Shown: piece after piece, positions 8,401-14,945 of the stretch | Numbering within the stretch: the stretch's first letter is position 1 | Layout of the letters: each line of letters starts with the position of its first letter | Assembly (NCBI GenBank): GCA_041492755.1 | Contig: JBGPXN010000105.1 | Coordinates: forward strand, 1-14,945 | DNA length: 14,945 bases | Source: Candidatus Methylomirabilia bacterium | GTDB lineage: Bacteria > Methylomirabilota > Methylomirabilia > Rokubacteriales > CSP1-6 | Direction of reading: 5' to 3' | The notes under the pieces: model-generated | The model's input: the letters and a program-made list of their open reading frames with translations, nothing else | What the model was told of the DNA's origin: nothing | Database searches by the model: none | Made by a program: the position numbers and the translations under genes

Positions 8401-8881
8401 GACGCTCTCGAACCTGCATCGCCAACTGATGAAGGCGCGCAGCGCGGCGTGGCGCCATGTCTTCTGCCTGTGCCTGCTCGCCGAGCTGTGCGCCGACGCG
8501 GGCCATCCAAACGAAGGACGCCGGGTGCTGGCGTCCGTCACGCCCGCGGATCGTGTGGCGTTCTGCGCGCCGGAGGTGTACCGCCTCGAAGGCGACCTGC
8601 TCCTGCGCGAAGCCCGACCGGCCGTCGAGGACGCCGAGCGCTGCTTCCGTATCGCGATCGATCTTGCCCGAGACCGCGCCGCAAAGTCGCTCGAGCTCCG
8701 TGCGACGATGAGCCTCGCGCGACTGTGGCGGCACGAGGGCAGGCCCGAGGACGCGCGGCGCGCGCTCGCCGACGTCTACGGGTGGTTCACCGAGGGCTTC
8801 GACACCGCGGATCTTCGGGCGGCCAGGGCGCTGCTCGAAGACCTTCACGCGTTGTCTCCGAACCCCCGACAGTCAGGCTGA
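5489..8881 (+). CDS. Double zinc ribbon + class III nucleotide cyclase + P-loop (AAA/STAND-like) NTPase + TPR-like protein
   Basis: Four N-terminal CxxC pairs are followed by cyclase motifs ERKQVTVLFADLKGS, MGDGIMALFGAP and RVGINSG. Walker A is GEPGVGKS and Walker B is VLVFEDLHW. The protein also has EGNPLFLEE, YTFKHALTHDVAY and the C-terminal SLELRATMSLARLW...YGWFTEGFDTADL. Confidence 0.95.
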   Translation: MICGHCQHDNPAGQKFCGECGAALVSRCDACGSTNPPGQKFCGECGRPLAPGRPPVTPRFGSPESYTPRHLAERILTSKAALEGERKQVTVLFADLKGSMELLADRDPEEARKLLDPVLERMMEAVHRYEGTVNQVMGDGIMALFGAPLAHEDHAVRACYAALRMHDAIRRYTEELRRSQGIEVQIRVGINSGDVVVRTIDSDLHMDYTAVGQTTHLAARMEQLAPPGTTRLTPETLRLAEGFVQVKALGPIPVRGLAEPVEVFELVGAGAVRTRLQASRARGFSRFVGRDPEMDQIRQAADQAGQGRGQIVAVVGEPGVGKSRLFYEFIHSHRTQGRLVLEASSVSYGKATPFLPLADLLRAYFRIDDRDDTRSVRSKVTGALLTLDRALEDALPAVMWLLDALAPDDRFLALEPKDRRQRAIDGVKRLFLRESHVQPVVLVFEDLHWIDAETQRVLDSIVDSLPTAPILLAVNYRPEYRHDWGNKTYYRQLRIDPLAPESADELLQPLLGDDPSVQPLKRVLIARTEGNPLFLEESVRTLVETRVLVGEPGAYRLAKSLDAVQVPATVQAILAARIDRLRPELKRLLQAASVVGKDVPVALLEPIAEMAEDELRQALAELQTAEFLYEARLFPDLEYTFKHALTHDVAYSGILQDRRRALHAAIVEAIERIHAGRLAEQVEVLAHHAVSGGITGKAVRYLHEAGVRAAARSANQEAVAYFTTALGLLDAAPETPETISDALDIRIALGPTLIAITGAGAPVVEDCYGQALKLVERLDDTSRSFPVLWGLWFVNYNRGKYTVAREAADRLLTAARSGDDSGRLLEAHHALWATGTAMGEPAMAVAHSERGIELYDRERHASQALLYGGHDAGVCCRYQMAMNQWLLGFPDRAVATMRDAHRLAEELRHPMTTTITLWIDTWVRYQRGERDAAAAAAERLIGIGSAHGFTMWIDSAVLIPHAVNPQRLAVETLSNLHRQLMKARSAAWRHVFCLCLLAELCADAGHPNEGRRVLASVTPADRVAFCAPEVYRLEGDLLLREARPAVEDAERCFRIAIDLARDRAAKSLELRATMSLARLWRHEGRPEDARRALADVYGWFTEGFDTADLRAARALLEDLHALSPNPRQSG

Positions 8882-8894
8882 ACGGAACCCCGGC

Positions 8895-9293
8895 GTGACC
8901 GCCCTCTACGGCCGGGTGGCGGCTGGCACTGGCCACGCCGCCGGATTCATGACGCTGCCGTGGGTGAGGGACGGCGTTCGGCAGGCGCTGGGGTTCGACC
9001 CGTATCCGGGCACGCTCAACGTCCGACTGCTCGACGTCGACGCGGTCCTGCGCTGGGGCGAGATCAAGAAGGGGGCGACGCTGCGGCTCGCCCCGCCCGC
9101 ACCGGAACAATGCGGCGGCCTCCTCGTCCCGCTCGTCGTGGCGCCGGACGTTCCGGCGGGCGTGATCATCCCGGACATCACCGGCTACGAGGGCGACATT
9201 CTCGAAGTCATCGCGGCCGTCCATCTCAGGAGCCACCTCTGCCTCCGAGACGGCAGCATTCTAGCCCTGCGGTGCGAGGACGCCGCGAGCTAG
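8895..9293 (+). CDS. ribK: CTP-dependent riboflavin kinase family protein (archaeal type, DUF120), stand-alone kinase domain
   Basis: GRVAAGTGHAAGF, the diagnostic LGFDPYPGTLNVRL and ILEVIAAVHLRSHLCLRDG match the family pattern. Confidence 0.82.
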   Translation: MTALYGRVAAGTGHAAGFMTLPWVRDGVRQALGFDPYPGTLNVRLLDVDAVLRWGEIKKGATLRLAPPAPEQCGGLLVPLVVAPDVPAGVIIPDITGYEGDILEVIAAVHLRSHLCLRDGSILALRCEDAAS

Positions 9294-9323
9294 TGTCGAG
9301 GAGCGCCCCGGGTACCCGTCTCC

Positions 9324-9740
9324 CTAGCCCGCCAGCCCGCTCGCCGTCCCGATGGCGGTCTGCTCGCCCTCCTGGTTCTCGCACCAGACCTCGACGATGA
9401 TCCGCGTGGCGCCGTTCTCGGGGCGCTTGTCCTTGACCCGGCCGTGCACGGTCAGACGGTCGCCCGCGTACACCGGTTGGGTGAAGGCCACGCTGATCGT
9501 CCCGCCCTTGACGAAGCCGGCGCCGAGCAGGTTCGTCATCATCTCGGACACGTACGCGGTCGACATCATTCCCTGGGCGAGGGGCGCCCGGAAGCCTTTG
9601 CGCTGCGCCCAGTCTTCGTCCGAGTGAATGGAACGGGGGCGCACGCCCGAATAGGCGTCGATCTTCCGCTGCGGGATCTCCTTCACGAGGCTCGGGAGCT
9701 CCTGTCCGATCGTGATCTGTTCGGCCACGCCCGTCGTCAT
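9324..9740 (-). CDS. MaoC-like hot-dog fold dehydratase family protein
   Basis: Motifs: IGQELPSLVK, SIHSDEDWAQRKGFRAPLAQGM, VAFTQPVYAGDRLTVHGRV and VEVWCENQEGE. Its start overlaps the upstream stop (ATGA) and has a GGAGG RBS. Confidence 0.88.
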   Translation of the reverse strand: MTTGVAEQITIGQELPSLVKEIPQRKIDAYSGVRPRSIHSDEDWAQRKGFRAPLAQGMMSTAYVSEMMTNLLGAGFVKGGTISVAFTQPVYAGDRLTVHGRVKDKRPENGATRIIVEVWCENQEGEQTAIGTASGLAG

Positions 9741-10177
9741 GCCTTGCCTCCCTCGGGGATCAGCATCTGGGTGAACTGGCCCCGGACGAGCGGCGTGCCG
9801 CTGTCGTCCTCGGTCACGAACTCGGTGACCATGTACTGCCGGCCACGTCGCACGTACTTGTCGATGACCCGTCCACGGGACCGCACGCGCATGCCCGTTC
9901 GGACGGGCTCCACGAACTGGAACTCCATCTTGGCGTGAAGCCCGGCGTGCACGATGTACTTGCTGTGGCGCAATCGCAGCGCCTGGTTGCCGAGCAAGGT
10001 CGGATGCGCCACCGGGCCCCCGAAGGCAGAGTCTTCGAAGAACCAGGGATGATGATCGTCGACGGCGAAGGCGTACGTTGCGACGTCCTCCGGCGTCACC
10101 AGGTGCTCGTCCGAGACGAACTCCTCGCCCACCTGCAGCACGTCGTACGTCAGCTTCTTGAACTCGGTTCTGCTCAT
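9737..10177 (-). CDS. MaoC-like (HadA/N-terminal type) hot-dog fold protein, 146 aa
   Basis: The real start is MSRTEF at 10177 with a GAGGAG RBS. Motifs: VTPEDVATYAFAVDDHHPWF, FGGPVAHPT and EFQFVEPVRTG...GRVIDKYVRRGRQY. Confidence 0.88.
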   Translation of the reverse strand: MSRTEFKKLTYDVLQVGEEFVSDEHLVTPEDVATYAFAVDDHHPWFFEDSAFGGPVAHPTLLGNQALRLRHSKYIVHAGLHAKMEFQFVEPVRTGMRVRSRGRVIDKYVRRGRQYMVTEFVTEDDSGTPLVRGQFTQMLIPEGGKA

Positions 10178-10188
10178 GTCGGTGCTCC

Positions 10189-11136
10189 TCACTTCATGGC
10201 GTAGGGGTTGATCGGCGTCCCCACGCCGCGGGTGACGGGCAGGGGCGGGGCGACCAGCAGGAATGCGTAGCGGCCGTCGGCCGCGCAGTCGGCGGCCAGC
10301 TCTTCGAGGAAGAAGATCTCGCCGAGCGTGAGCCCCATGTTCGGGATCGCGCAGATGTGGAACGGGCTGCGGAAGGGCGGCAGCTCCGAGGGCCGCACCT
10401 CGACCGCGTAGTTGTCGCTGGCCACCGCCGCGATCTGCTTGGCGTGCATCCACGGCGCCGTGTGCACGGACACCCCCGGCGAATCGTCGAGGTCGTAGTG
10501 ATGCCAGTCCTTCCGGTCGAGATAGCGCGACATGTGGCCGGTGCGGATCAGCAGCAGGTCGCCGCGCTGGACCTCCACCTTCTGGGCGGCCGCGGTGGCG
10601 TCGAGGTCCGCCACCGTGATCGCGTACCCGGGCTCGAGCGCGCGCACGCCCTTGTAGCGGGCGACGTCGAGCAGCACGCCGCGGCCGGCGATGCGGCTCT
10701 TGGTCTTGTCGATGCTGTTCTTGGCGGCGCCGCTGCTGCTGACGAGGGTGGCGTCGTAGCCGTTGTACATCTTCCCCTCGTAGAAGACGTGGGCGAGGCT
10801 GTCCCACTGGGTCACGCACTGCAGCGGCATGACGATCCAGTCGTCGGATCCGCCGTATCCCTGCAAGGCCGTGATCTCGGCGGCGGTCTTGGGCTGGTCG
10901 CCGCCGTCACGGAACATCGTGTGGATGGGGTTGAAGCGCTGCCGCGTGCCGCTCTGCGGACCCTCGCGCTGGAGGGGAATACCGAGCGCGAAGACCTTGC
11001 CCGCCGTCACCAGCCGGGCGGCCGCGGCGATCGTGTCCGGCGTGACGTAGTTCAGGGTGCCGATCTCGTCGTCCGGCCCCCACTTGCCCCAGTTGCGGAC
11101 CTGCATCGCCAGCGTCCGGAGAGTGTCTTCGCTCAT
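10189..11136 (-). CDS. Cyclase-family (kynurenine formamidase-like) metal-dependent hydrolase
   Basis: Motifs: NWGKWGPDDEIGTLN, TQWDSLAH, GRGVLLDVAR, GDLLLIRTG, ASDNYAVE, GEIFFLEELAADC and GVGTPINP. The start is 11136, or alternatively 11145. Confidence 0.92.
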   Translation of the reverse strand: MSEDTLRTLAMQVRNWGKWGPDDEIGTLNYVTPDTIAAAARLVTAGKVFALGIPLQREGPQSGTRQRFNPIHTMFRDGGDQPKTAAEITALQGYGGSDDWIVMPLQCVTQWDSLAHVFYEGKMYNGYDATLVSSSGAAKNSIDKTKSRIAGRGVLLDVARYKGVRALEPGYAITVADLDATAAAQKVEVQRGDLLLIRTGHMSRYLDRKDWHHYDLDDSPGVSVHTAPWMHAKQIAAVASDNYAVEVRPSELPPFRSPFHICAIPNMGLTLGEIFFLEELAADCAADGRYAFLLVAPPLPVTRGVGTPINPYAMK

Positions 11137-11143
11137 GGCCCGC

Positions 11144-11149
11144 ATCTTA
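11144..11149 (-). promoter_or_regulatory. Putative -10 box for a leaderless cyclase/MaoC operon transcript
   Basis: Minus-strand TAAGAT is separated by 7 nt from the ATG at 11136, and no Shine-Dalgarno sequence is present. Confidence 0.45.
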
Positions 11150-11184
11150 CGGCAGGCCTTCCGCGCTCGGTGGGCATTCCTTGG

Positions 11185-11214
11185 TTGACGAGCACGGCGG
11201 CGGCAACGTAGTTT
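11185..11214 (+). promoter_or_regulatory. Putative sigma70-type promoter for the PAP2 gene
   Basis: TTGACG (11185-11190), an 18-nt spacer and TAGTTT (11209-11214) sit in a locally AT-rich stretch just before the ATG at 11226. Confidence 0.45.
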
Positions 11215-11225
11215 TGTTTTGTCCG

Positions 11226-11993
11226 ATGGCCTACATCGACGACTTCGCGAAGCTCGGGCTCGTTCTGCTCTGCGCCGTGGTCTCGCTCCTCGCGCTGTGG
11301 GCCGCCGTCGACCGGCGCTCGTCGGCCGCGCTCTTCATCCGCAGCGTGTGGTCGGGCCCGGGGCGGCACGTGGTGGTGGCCGTGCTCGCGCTCGGGGTGT
11401 TCGGCGTCGTGGTTGAAGACGTCGTGTTTCGCGAGCACGACGAGGTGATCGGCCGGCTCGACGCACGGATCCGCGATGCCGTGATGCCCCTGGCGCCGTC
11501 GCTTCACCGAAAGGCGGCGCTCGTGAGCCGGGTCACGGGTGAGGGGCTCGCCCTCGTCGTGCCGGTGGTCGCGGCTGGATTGTTGCTCGCCCGCCGACGG
11601 CGAGAAGCGTTGACCGTGGTCCTGGGGACGCTCGCGGCGTGGGGCCTGTCGGGCCTCCTCAAGGTCGGCTTCGGCGTGTACCGCCCGCGCGTCGACGGGC
11701 GATCGAGCTTCTGGACGAGCTTCGGTTTCCCGAGCGGACACACGTTCGTCATGCTGGTGGCCGGCGGGTTGATGGTCTGGGCGCTCCGACACCTCATGCG
11801 GAGACACGTCCGGCTCGGCCTGGCCGCCGTGGTGTGGATCGTCGCCGCCGGCGCGGGCATGGCACGCGTGATCCTCAACGCGCACTGGCCGAGCGACGTG
11901 CTGGGAGCGCTGGCGCTCGGTGCGGCCTGCCTGAGCCTTCTGTGGGCGTTCACCGAGTGGCGCTGGGATCCCCCGACCGGCACCTCGACCTGA
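11226..11993 (+). CDS. PAP2-family membrane phosphatase
   Basis: The three PAP2 motifs are KVGFGVYRP, FPSGH and ARVILNAHWPSDV. Several hydrophobic segments are present. The ATG at 11226 is preferred to the TTG at 11181. Confidence 0.88.
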   Translation: MAYIDDFAKLGLVLLCAVVSLLALWAAVDRRSSAALFIRSVWSGPGRHVVVAVLALGVFGVVVEDVVFREHDEVIGRLDARIRDAVMPLAPSLHRKAALVSRVTGEGLALVVPVVAAGLLLARRRREALTVVLGTLAAWGLSGLLKVGFGVYRPRVDGRSSFWTSFGFPSGHTFVMLVAGGLMVWALRHLMRRHVRLGLAAVVWIVAAGAGMARVILNAHWPSDVLGALALGAACLSLLWAFTEWRWDPPTGTST

Positions 11994-12043
11994 TCTTCAG
12001 GCCCTGAACGATGCTCGCCGGGGTACCATCGGGCCGCCCGGCG

Positions 12044-12629
12044 ATGCACAGACTCCTGTTTCTCGACCCAGGGCATTTCCACGCCACCCTCACCCTGCGT
12101 GTTCGGCATCCGCGGGTGGCGGACGAGATCTTCGTGTACGCGCAACATCGACCTGCGCTACCGGATCGGACGCGTCACGGCTCACGCGTCGGCGCGCTGG
12201 GACCTCTCGGCGCCGCCGGGCGGGCGAGATGCCTCGCGCGTCGTGGCCCACGGCACGCGCGCCAACGTCATCCTGGAGCAGGGGGTCGATACCGGCCACC
12301 GCCGACGACTCATCGTCGAGCCGTGGGGTCGGACGGGCGGTGTCCCACCGGCGATGACGGATGCGGTGGCCGCATGGCGGACGGAGTTTCCCGGACTCGA
12401 GATCGCGGGCGCGGGGCCGGGACGATACGAAGTCGCGATCCCGGCTGGACTGGACGCCGGCCACGTGAGCCACTTCACGCGGGTGCTCGACGAGTGCCTC
12501 GATACCATCGACGCTCGACGGTGGCCGGCCGCGCAAGCGGCGCGCACGCTGGCGAAGTACACCTTCCTGGCCGAGGTCGCGGCCAAAGCCGGCGGCGGCC
12601 ACACCGTGCCGGCCCAGGAGAATCGATGA
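12044..12629 (+). pseudogene. Internally deleted, frameshifted putative oxidoreductase (Gfo/Idh/MocA-related, Oxidoreduct_C-type family)
   Basis: The N-terminus MHRLLFLDPGHFHATL...EIFVYA (12044-12142) abuts, in another frame, the family C-terminus NIDLRYRIG...WDLSAPPGG.D...GTRANVILEQG...FPGL...IPAGLDAGHVSHFTRVLD...TLAKY (12144-12629). The central part of the usual protein is absent. Confidence 0.72.
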
Positions 12630-13450
12630 GCAAGCCCGAGGCCGAGCCGTTCACGAAGTCGCTGGAGCGCATGAACCATTTCCAGGAGCCCGAAGCCCAC
12701 ACGCTCATCGCGGACGTGCGCGTGCCCGCCGGCTCGCACGGCCTCGACGTGGGCTGCGGCGTCGGTCTCTACACGCTGTGGCTTGCCCGGGCGGTCGGGC
12801 GGTCGGGCCGGGTGCTCGGCATCGAGCCGTCGGCCGAGCGGGTCGAAGCCGCGCGGGCCCTGGTGAGCCACGAGCTGCCCGCGCCACGCCTCGACTTCCG
12901 CGAAGGTGACGCGTCCAAGCTCGACGTCCCCGACGCGAGCCTCGACTGGATCTGGTGCGGCGACGTCCTGCATCACGTCCAGGACACCGGCCGTGCCCTC
13001 GCCGAGTTCATGCGTGTCCTGCGTCCCGGCGGCCGGCTCGTGGTGAAGGAATCTCAGCTCCTCGCCGCGATCTTTCTGCCCGGCCATCCCGAGCTCGAGC
13101 GCCGGCTCCGCCAGGCCGAGATGGAGTGGAGCCGTCACGAAGGTGGCGAGTTCTCCTTCGAAGAACGGCGCCAGCGCACGCTCCCGTGGGTGCGGGCCGC
13201 CGGATTCAGCGTGGAAAGCTTCCGGACGTATCTGCTGGAGCGCCGAGCCCCGCTGCCCGCCGCCGCGCGCGACTATATCCGGCGCGTCGTCTTCGACCGC
13301 AACTGGGGCCCGCGCTTGCGCGACCGTTTGGCGGCCGCCGACTGGGCGCAGCGCTCCGCGCTGTGCGAGCCCGAGTCACCGGTGTCCCTGCTCGACGACC
13401 CGGATTACTACTGTCTGTATCCGATCAGCGTGGTCGTCGCGCGCCGCTAA
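12626..13450 (+). CDS. Class I SAM-dependent methyltransferase (274 aa)
   Basis: The ATG at 12626 has an AGGAG RBS and an ATGA overlap with the upstream stop. Motifs: GLDVGCGVG, GRVLGIEPS, GDASKLDVPDASLDWIW and RVLRPGGRL. Confidence 0.9.
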   Translation: MSKPEAEPFTKSLERMNHFQEPEAHTLIADVRVPAGSHGLDVGCGVGLYTLWLARAVGRSGRVLGIEPSAERVEAARALVSHELPAPRLDFREGDASKLDVPDASLDWIWCGDVLHHVQDTGRALAEFMRVLRPGGRLVVKESQLLAAIFLPGHPELERRLRQAEMEWSRHEGGEFSFEERRQRTLPWVRAAGFSVESFRTYLLERRAPLPAAARDYIRRVVFDRNWGPRLRDRLAAADWAQRSALCEPESPVSLLDDPDYYCLYPISVVVARR

Positions 13451-13487
13451 CGACCTGTCCCGCCTGACCTCGCGCCGGGCGGTCGTC

Positions 13488-13511
13488 CGGGGGGCCACGT
13501 CGGGCCCCCCG
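13488..13511. terminator. GC-rich hairpin between convergent genes (terminator- or REP-like)
   Basis: CGGGGGGCC-ACGTCG-GGCCCCCCG forms a perfect 9-bp stem between the stops at 13450 and 13522. There is no U-tract. Confidence 0.5.
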
Positions 13512-13521
13512 TCGCCGGTTC

Positions 13522-14502
13522 TCAGCCCTTCAAGGCGAATTTCTGGAACGAGTGGCAGGTCGGCGGCACGTGGCCGCGGCTTCCCGCGAACGTCCAGGTG
13601 ACCTCGCTCACGTACACGTCGCGACGGGAGTCGACGGCCAGCCCGTGGGGCGCCGCGAAGCTGCCGGCGGCCACCGGGTCGGGACCCTCGCCCCAGCGCG
13701 CGAGCACCTTCCCGTCGCGGTCGTACACGCTGGCGCGTCCCGAGCGGTTCTCGGTGGCCGGGCCGTAGCGAGGCGACGTCTGTCCCGGTTGCCACCAGAG
13801 CTCGGAGACGTACGCACGGCCGTCGGCGTCGAACACCAGGTGCGTCGGGCGGCGCGTGTCCGTCCATTCGGTGAGGTACTCGCCGTCGGGACTGAAGATC
13901 TGGATGCGATCGTTCTCGCGGTCGCAGACGAACACGCGGCCGTCGCTGGCCACCGCGATGCCGTGGGGCAGGAGGAACTCGCCGGGCCCGTGTCCCGGCG
14001 TGCCCCAGGAGCGCTTGAGCTCGCCGTTCGCCGTGAAGTGGTGCACGCGGCAGTTGCCGTAGCCGTCCGACACGTACAGATCGCCCTTGGGCCCGACCGC
14101 GATGTTCGTCGGGCGGTTGAACGGAGCGCCCGGGCGCGACACCGTCTTCGTGTCCTTGCCGTCGTAGCCCGTGTCCGAGGGCGTGTTCATGGTCCCGAGG
14201 GTCATGAGGAGCTTGCCGCTCGGGGTGTACTTGCGGATGGTGTGGTTGCCGTCGTCGGTGGCGTAGATGGAGTTGTCCGGGCCCACGGTGATCCCGTGCG
14301 TGCGAAGCGTGAAATCCCCCTCGCCCCACGACCCACGGAAGTTGCCCTTGCTGTCGTAGATGATGATCGGGTGATCACCGCGACAGATGAGGAACACGCG
14401 ATCCTCGAGATCGACGGCGACCCCGGCCACGTCGCGGTGCTCGTAGTCTTTCGGCAGCTGCTCCCAACCCGCGACGACCTGGTAACTCAACGCCTGCGCC
14501 AT
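13522..14502 (-). CDS. NHL-repeat beta-propeller protein, peptidyl-alpha-hydroxyglycine alpha-amidating lyase (PAL)-like
   Basis: Motifs: VAGVAVD, HGITVGPD, FNRPTNIAV, LYVSDGYGNCRVH, SWGTPGHGPGEFLLPHGIAV, VCDRENDRIQIF and FAAPHGLAVDS. A GAGGAGG RBS precedes the start. Confidence 0.9.
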   Translation of the reverse strand: MAQALSYQVVAGWEQLPKDYEHRDVAGVAVDLEDRVFLICRGDHPIIIYDSKGNFRGSWGEGDFTLRTHGITVGPDNSIYATDDGNHTIRKYTPSGKLLMTLGTMNTPSDTGYDGKDTKTVSRPGAPFNRPTNIAVGPKGDLYVSDGYGNCRVHHFTANGELKRSWGTPGHGPGEFLLPHGIAVASDGRVFVCDRENDRIQIFSPDGEYLTEWTDTRRPTHLVFDADGRAYVSELWWQPGQTSPRYGPATENRSGRASVYDRDGKVLARWGEGPDPVAAGSFAAPHGLAVDSRRDVYVSEVTWTFAGSRGHVPPTCHSFQKFALKG

Positions 14503-14566
14503 GTGTGAACCTCCTCGAGCCCGGCGTCGGACCGTAGCGCCCGACCGTCCCGCGCGGCGAACTCAG

Positions 14567-14595
14567 ACTATGGGAGAGCCCTGACGCCGAGTCAA
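14567..14595 (-). promoter_or_regulatory. Sigma70-type promoter facing the PAL-like gene
   Basis: On the minus strand, TTGACT (14595-14590) is followed by a 17-nt spacer and CATAGT (14572-14567), about 65 nt upstream of the ATG at 14502. Confidence 0.65.
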
Positions 14596-14945
14596 GGCGC
14601 CCGGCCGCCCGGTCAGGCCGCCGTTCGCCGCCTGGCTATCCTGGGTTCTTCGTGAACGCGCACACCGTGGTCGACCGGGGGGGCAGGGCCGGAGATGGGT
14701 GGACGGGGTCCTCTGACCACAGCCGACGGCGTACCGATCACCGGCGAGCCGTTCCGAATCCATACGGCGGTGTCGTCGTCTCGCGGGGCGGGAATGGGTC
14801 ACCCGGACCCATCCACCCATCTCCGGCCCTGCCCCCACGGTCGACCACGGTGTGCGCGTTCACGAAGAACCCGGGATAGCCAGGCGGCGAACGGCGGCCT
14901 GACCGGGCGGCCGGGCGCCTTGACTCGGCGTCAGGGCTCTCCCAT
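14570..14945. repeat. Long inverted repeat with 134-bp arms and a 108-nt spacer, running to the window end
   Basis: 14570-14703 is the reverse complement of 14812-14945 with only two mismatches (T14642/G14873 and G14678/A14837). Confidence 0.97.
14920..14945 (+). promoter_or_regulatory. Mirror-image sigma70-type promoter, -10 box cut by the window end
   Basis: TTGACT (14920-14925) is followed by a 17-nt spacer and CAT (14943-14945). Confidence 0.5.

Noticed and set aside
5282..8848. 1188-aa minus-strand ORF
   Set aside because: It is the antisense shadow of the cyclase-NTPase gene. It has no recognisable motifs, and long shadow ORFs are expected at this GC content.
10178..10819. N-terminal extension of the 360-aa ORF 9737..10819
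   Set aside because: It overlaps the cyclase-family gene out of frame. The real start is 10177 with a strong RBS.
12011..13450. 479-aa single ORF
   Set aside because: It is a read-through joining an oxidoreductase N-terminus, an off-frame segment and a methyltransferase that has its own RBS and start at 12626.
14570..14945. Retron msr/msd, or coding ORFs 14563-14838 and 14652-14879
   Set aside because: No reverse transcriptase is present in the window, the arms are much longer than typical a1/a2 repeats, and the ORFs have no RBS or motifs.

Overview
This is a high-GC bacterial window. Gene content and a GGGGGGCC-loop-GGCCCCCC hairpin suggest a Rokubacteria/Methylomirabilota-like soil organism, but that is inference only. 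The left end (1-1537) holds the 3' part of an IS91-family (Y2/HUH rolling-circle) transposase, an oriIS-like motif and a hairpin ending in GTT. Directly after that is one integron-type gene cassette with a structurally canonical attC. The attC crossover (G|TT) joins straight into the middle of a host MEDS-domain gene, which survives as a 5'-truncated, frameshifted remnant. The middle is an accessory metabolic and signalling block: AOR-family aldehyde oxidoreductase, N-acyl-D-amino-acid deacylase, a cyclase-NTPase-TPR protein, an archaeal-type CTP-dependent riboflavin kinase, a cyclase-family hydrolase with two MaoC genes, a PAP2 phosphatase, an internally deleted oxidoreductase, a SAM methyltransferase and an NHL/PAL-like protein. 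The right end (14570-14945) is a near-perfect inverted repeat with 134-bp arms, a structured 108-nt interior and an outward-facing sigma70-like promoter in each arm. The best candidates for new biology are the IS91-transposase/attC-cassette unit inserted at a GTT in a host gene and the terminal palindromic bidirectional-promoter element. All protein calls come from motif recognition by eye, not from database searches.
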